A model generated the notes under the pieces. That model ran no database searches, was not told where the DNA came from, and saw nothing but the letters and a program-made list of their open reading frames with translations. A stretch of 64,000 nt of DNA from NCBI RefSeq assembly GCF_009914755.1, contig NC_060931.1; one strand, written 5' to 3'. The stretch is from the human T2T-CHM13v2.0 reference genome, Homo sapiens. The translations under genes and the position numbers were made by a program. This document shows positions 55,373 to 64,000 of the stretch, in pieces; position 1 is the first letter of the stretch, and each line of letters opens with the position of its first letter.

Positions 55373-55963
55373 TCAGCCCGGCACAAGTCCCCAGCGGCAT
55401 TAAAATAGGCCTGACCTAAATACAAGCACAATGCCAGCGCTGAAAACACGGCTGTGTCAGCGGAAACTCCAGCTGGGTAGGAAAAAAAAATACACTTTGG
55501 GATTCACGCCATCACCCCACCCCAGAAAGGGGGCCGGGCTGCCCCAGGGCCAGGGCCAGTGCCACCTACAGGACCCTGAGCACCCATAGTTCCCTAAACG
55601 TCCCCAAGTGTGGCAAAGTGGCGGAGGGGAGAGGACTCTGCTTCTGTGGCCTGACAGACGGCAAGCTCACAAGGGGGTCAGGCAGCCCTCAGCAACCACT
55701 GCTATCACTCCGGGGAACTGAGGCTCTGAGAGGGGAGGTGGCCACCCGAGGTGGCACAGCTTATAAGTAGCAGGAGTGGGGCAGCCGCTTGATTTCCAGG
55801 CAGGAAGAGGAGAGGGACAGCAAACAGGCTCCTAATGCAGAAGCTTGGGCCTGTGACTCAAAACAGGTATTAAGTAAACACGTTCTATCAAGAGGCCATC
55901 CATGCCTGTAATGCCAGCACCTTGGGAGGCCAAGGTGGGGGATCACTTGAGGTCAGGAGTTCA

Positions 55964-56218
<255 letters not shown>

Positions 56219-56702
56219 TTATTTATTTATTATTATTATTATTGAGATACGGTCTTGCTCTGTCACCTAGGCTGGAGAGCAGTGGCGCGATCATGGCTCA
56301 CTGCAGACTTGAACTCCTGGGCTCAAGTGATCCTCGAATCTCAGCCTCCTGAGCAGCTGGTTCTACAGGCACATGCCACCACACTCAGCTAATTTTTTGT
56401 ATATTTTGTACAGATGGGGTCTCTCTATGGTGCCAAGGCTGGTCTCAAACTCCTGGCCTGAAGCGACCCTCCCACCTCAGCCTCTCAAAGTGCTGGGATT
56501 ACAGGCATGAGCCACTGTGATTGGCCTGAAGGCCCTAAGTTTCTATTCAAACCAGAACTTGGCCGGGCGCAGTGTCTCATGCCTGTAATCCAAGCACTTT
56601 GGGAGGCTGAGGCAGATGGATCACCTGAGGTCAGGAGTTTGAGACCAGCCTGGCCACCATGTGAAACCCCCATCTCTACTAAACATACAAAAAAATTAGT
56701 CA

Positions 56703-56843
<141 letters not shown>

Positions 56844-57134
56844 CTAAAAAAATAAAAATAAAACTGAGCAGGGCACGGTGGCTCAAGCCTATAATCCCAG
56901 CCCTTTGGGAGGCTGAGGCAGGTGGATCACCTGAGGTCAGGAGTTCAAGACCAGACTGGCCAACATGGTGAAACCCCGTCTCTACTAAAAATACAAAAAT
57001 TAGCTGGGCATGGAGGCACACGCTTGTAGTCCCAGCTACTCAGGAGGCCGAGGCAGGAGAATCACTTGAACCTGGGAGGCAGAGGGAGCCTGTGTGACAG
57101 AGCCAGACTCTGTCTCAAAAAAAAAAAAAAAAAA

Positions 57135-57920
<786 letters not shown>

Positions 57921-59121
57921 TAGTAGAGACGGGGTTTCACCATGTTAGTTGGGATGGTCTCGATCTCCTGACCTTGTGATCCACCCACCTCGGCCTCCCA
58001 AAGTGCTGGGATTACAGGCATGAGCCACCATGCCCAGCCGCTAATTTTTGTATTTTTAGTAGAGATGGGGTTTCGCCATGTTGGCCAGGCTGGTCTCAAA
58101 CTCCTGACCTCAAGTGATCCACACGACTCGACCTCTGCCTCGGCCTCCCAAAGTGCTGGGACAATAGGCATGAGCCACCACGCCCGGCCGGGTGGTTTTC
58201 TTTTTCTTCTTTATTCAGTTCTTGGCAAACTAGAATAAAGAGGGGCCTCCTGCCCCCAGACCTACCCTGTCCTGGGGCTCGTAGTAAAGAGGTGGCAAAT
58301 TTTCTGCTACATTTCCGGCAGGCTGGGATCCCGGGCAGCAGGGAGCCCAGACGTGTGAGCGGCAGAGCTGAGGCTGGCTGAGGAGGAAGGGCTCTGTCCT
58401 CTTTACAGAGGAATCTCATTCTCCTGGCCTTGTGGCTGGCCCACCTGACGCTCCCCAGATGGCACAACCATCCCCATCCTGAGTATAGGAAACGAAAGTT
58501 TGAGGACCGGGTGCGGGGCTCACGTCTGTAATCCCAGCACTTTGGGAGGCCATTGCGAGAGGATCGCTTGAGCCCAGAATTTCGAGACCAGCCTGGGCAA
58601 CCCAGTGACTCTCCATCTCTACAAAAAATAAATAAATAAAATTGGCTGGGCACATGCTTGTAGTCCCAGCCACTCAGGAGGCTGAGGTGGGAGGATCATT
58701 TGAGCCTAAGAGGTGGAGGCTACAGCAAGCTGTGATCGAGCCACTTTACTCCAGCCTGGGTAACAGAGTAAGACCCTATCTCTAAATAAACAAATGAATA
58801 AAGAAACTGAGGTTTGGGCAGAGAAGGTGATAGGCAGAAAATGCTGTGACTGCATCATATATGCAGATGTACACAGGGCAGGTGGGGTCCACAGAAATGG
58901 GTCACACACAGGGGTGACTCCAACTAACCCAGCACCTTTCCCAGTGGTGGCCCAGTTAGGGAGCCCAGCCGGGTAACACCAAGCATGTGAGGGCCAGGGC
59001 AGCTGGGAACCTGAGCCTGTAGAACCCCGGGGCTTCCAAGAGGCCAGCCCAGGAAGGTGAGTGGGGCTGGTAAGTATTCCCAGGGGTTGGGCCTAATTTT
59101 TTGTTGTTGTTTTTGTTTTGA

Positions 59122-59409
<288 letters not shown>

Positions 59410-60038
59410 TAATGTTTAACTAGAGACGGGGAGAACACTGACTCTTACTAAGTTATTCCGGGGAGGAAGCTGAGCCAGCCGGCAGTGGAGACAGCTCCTG
59501 GACAGCAACCTCTCTCTGGGCCTTCTGGGTTGTTTCTCCCAAGTAGACAGCAGGAGCTGAGTCAGAGCCCTGCCCTGGTGTCCCTCCTGAGCCCCCAGCC
59601 CCTTCACCCGCCTCTCACAGCTCCTGCCTTTAGCCACTTGTTCCAGCAAAGCCCTGGCAGCCTCAGACTCTGGGTCAGGTCGTATGCTGGGTGCAGGGAC
59701 TCAGAGAGCCCTCAGACAGGGCCCCTGCTGGAGAACCTCATGGTCCAGTGGGAAGGCAGATGGTTTCAAAGCACTGTGGGCTTGGGAGGCCCAGACAGGC
59801 ACCTGACCAGCCTGAGATCAGGGGCTCCTTCCTGGAGGCAGTAACCTGGGAGGTGAGCCCGCAGAGGCGAACAGAGCATTGCCGGGCAGACAAGAAGGCA
59901 GGGAGGACACCTACCGAGGTGGCCACTGTCTAAGACCCTCAGGGTTCTCTGAGTGCTGGCTGGTGCTGACATGTATATCTGCCCAACAGCATCTCCAGGA
60001 CCAGCCCCCAGTGACCCGTGGAAGATCATGCCTCTCTA

Positions 60039-63266
<3,228 letters not shown>

Positions 63267-63298
63267 AGGCCGTAGATAGGCCCACACACCACCCCTCA

Positions 63299-63905
<607 letters not shown>

Positions 63906-64000
63906 CTATTGAAAAATCTATTGAGCTTCTTCAGGCAGTGTTTTAGAAGCGAGACATAGATCAGAGAACAAGACAGACCAGAGCTCTGCCCTCATGGGGG

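Overview
Human (primate) genomic DNA, very Alu-dense. Positions 1-~30200 carry the 3' half of CLIP2 (CYLN2/CLIP-115; Williams-Beuren region, 7q11.23) on the + strand. Eight GT-AG exons splice in frame: 177-1112, 5096-5153, 10811-10894, 13391-13547, 21318-21477, 24638-24823, 25773-25835 and 28103-28114. They encode 551 aa of C-terminal coiled coil ending ...QKQEDKH*, followed by a ~2.1-kb 3'UTR with AATAAA at 30177-30182. Positions ~30200-64000 are intergenic (GTF2IRD1 is expected beyond the right edge; recalled, not visible here) and consist mostly of Alu, L1, L2/MIR, hAT DNA-transposon relics, LTR relics, a two-LTR MaLR element and simple repeats. Nearly all other ORFs in the track are Alu, low-complexity or antisense shadows. 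I see no convincing new gene or novel biological system. The most notable sequence-level observations are: an Alu-mediated ~914-bp tandem duplication with a chimeric Alu; a 37-bp G-rich minisatellite filling most of one intron; twin GTAAGT donors 7 nt apart (possible NMD switch) on an in-frame exon bracketed by inverted Alus; G-quadruplex motifs next to donors and in the 3'UTR; and a 3'UTR hairpin plus miR-200/miR-9 seed matches. Exon numbering and repeat subfamily names are from memory and were not checked by any search.
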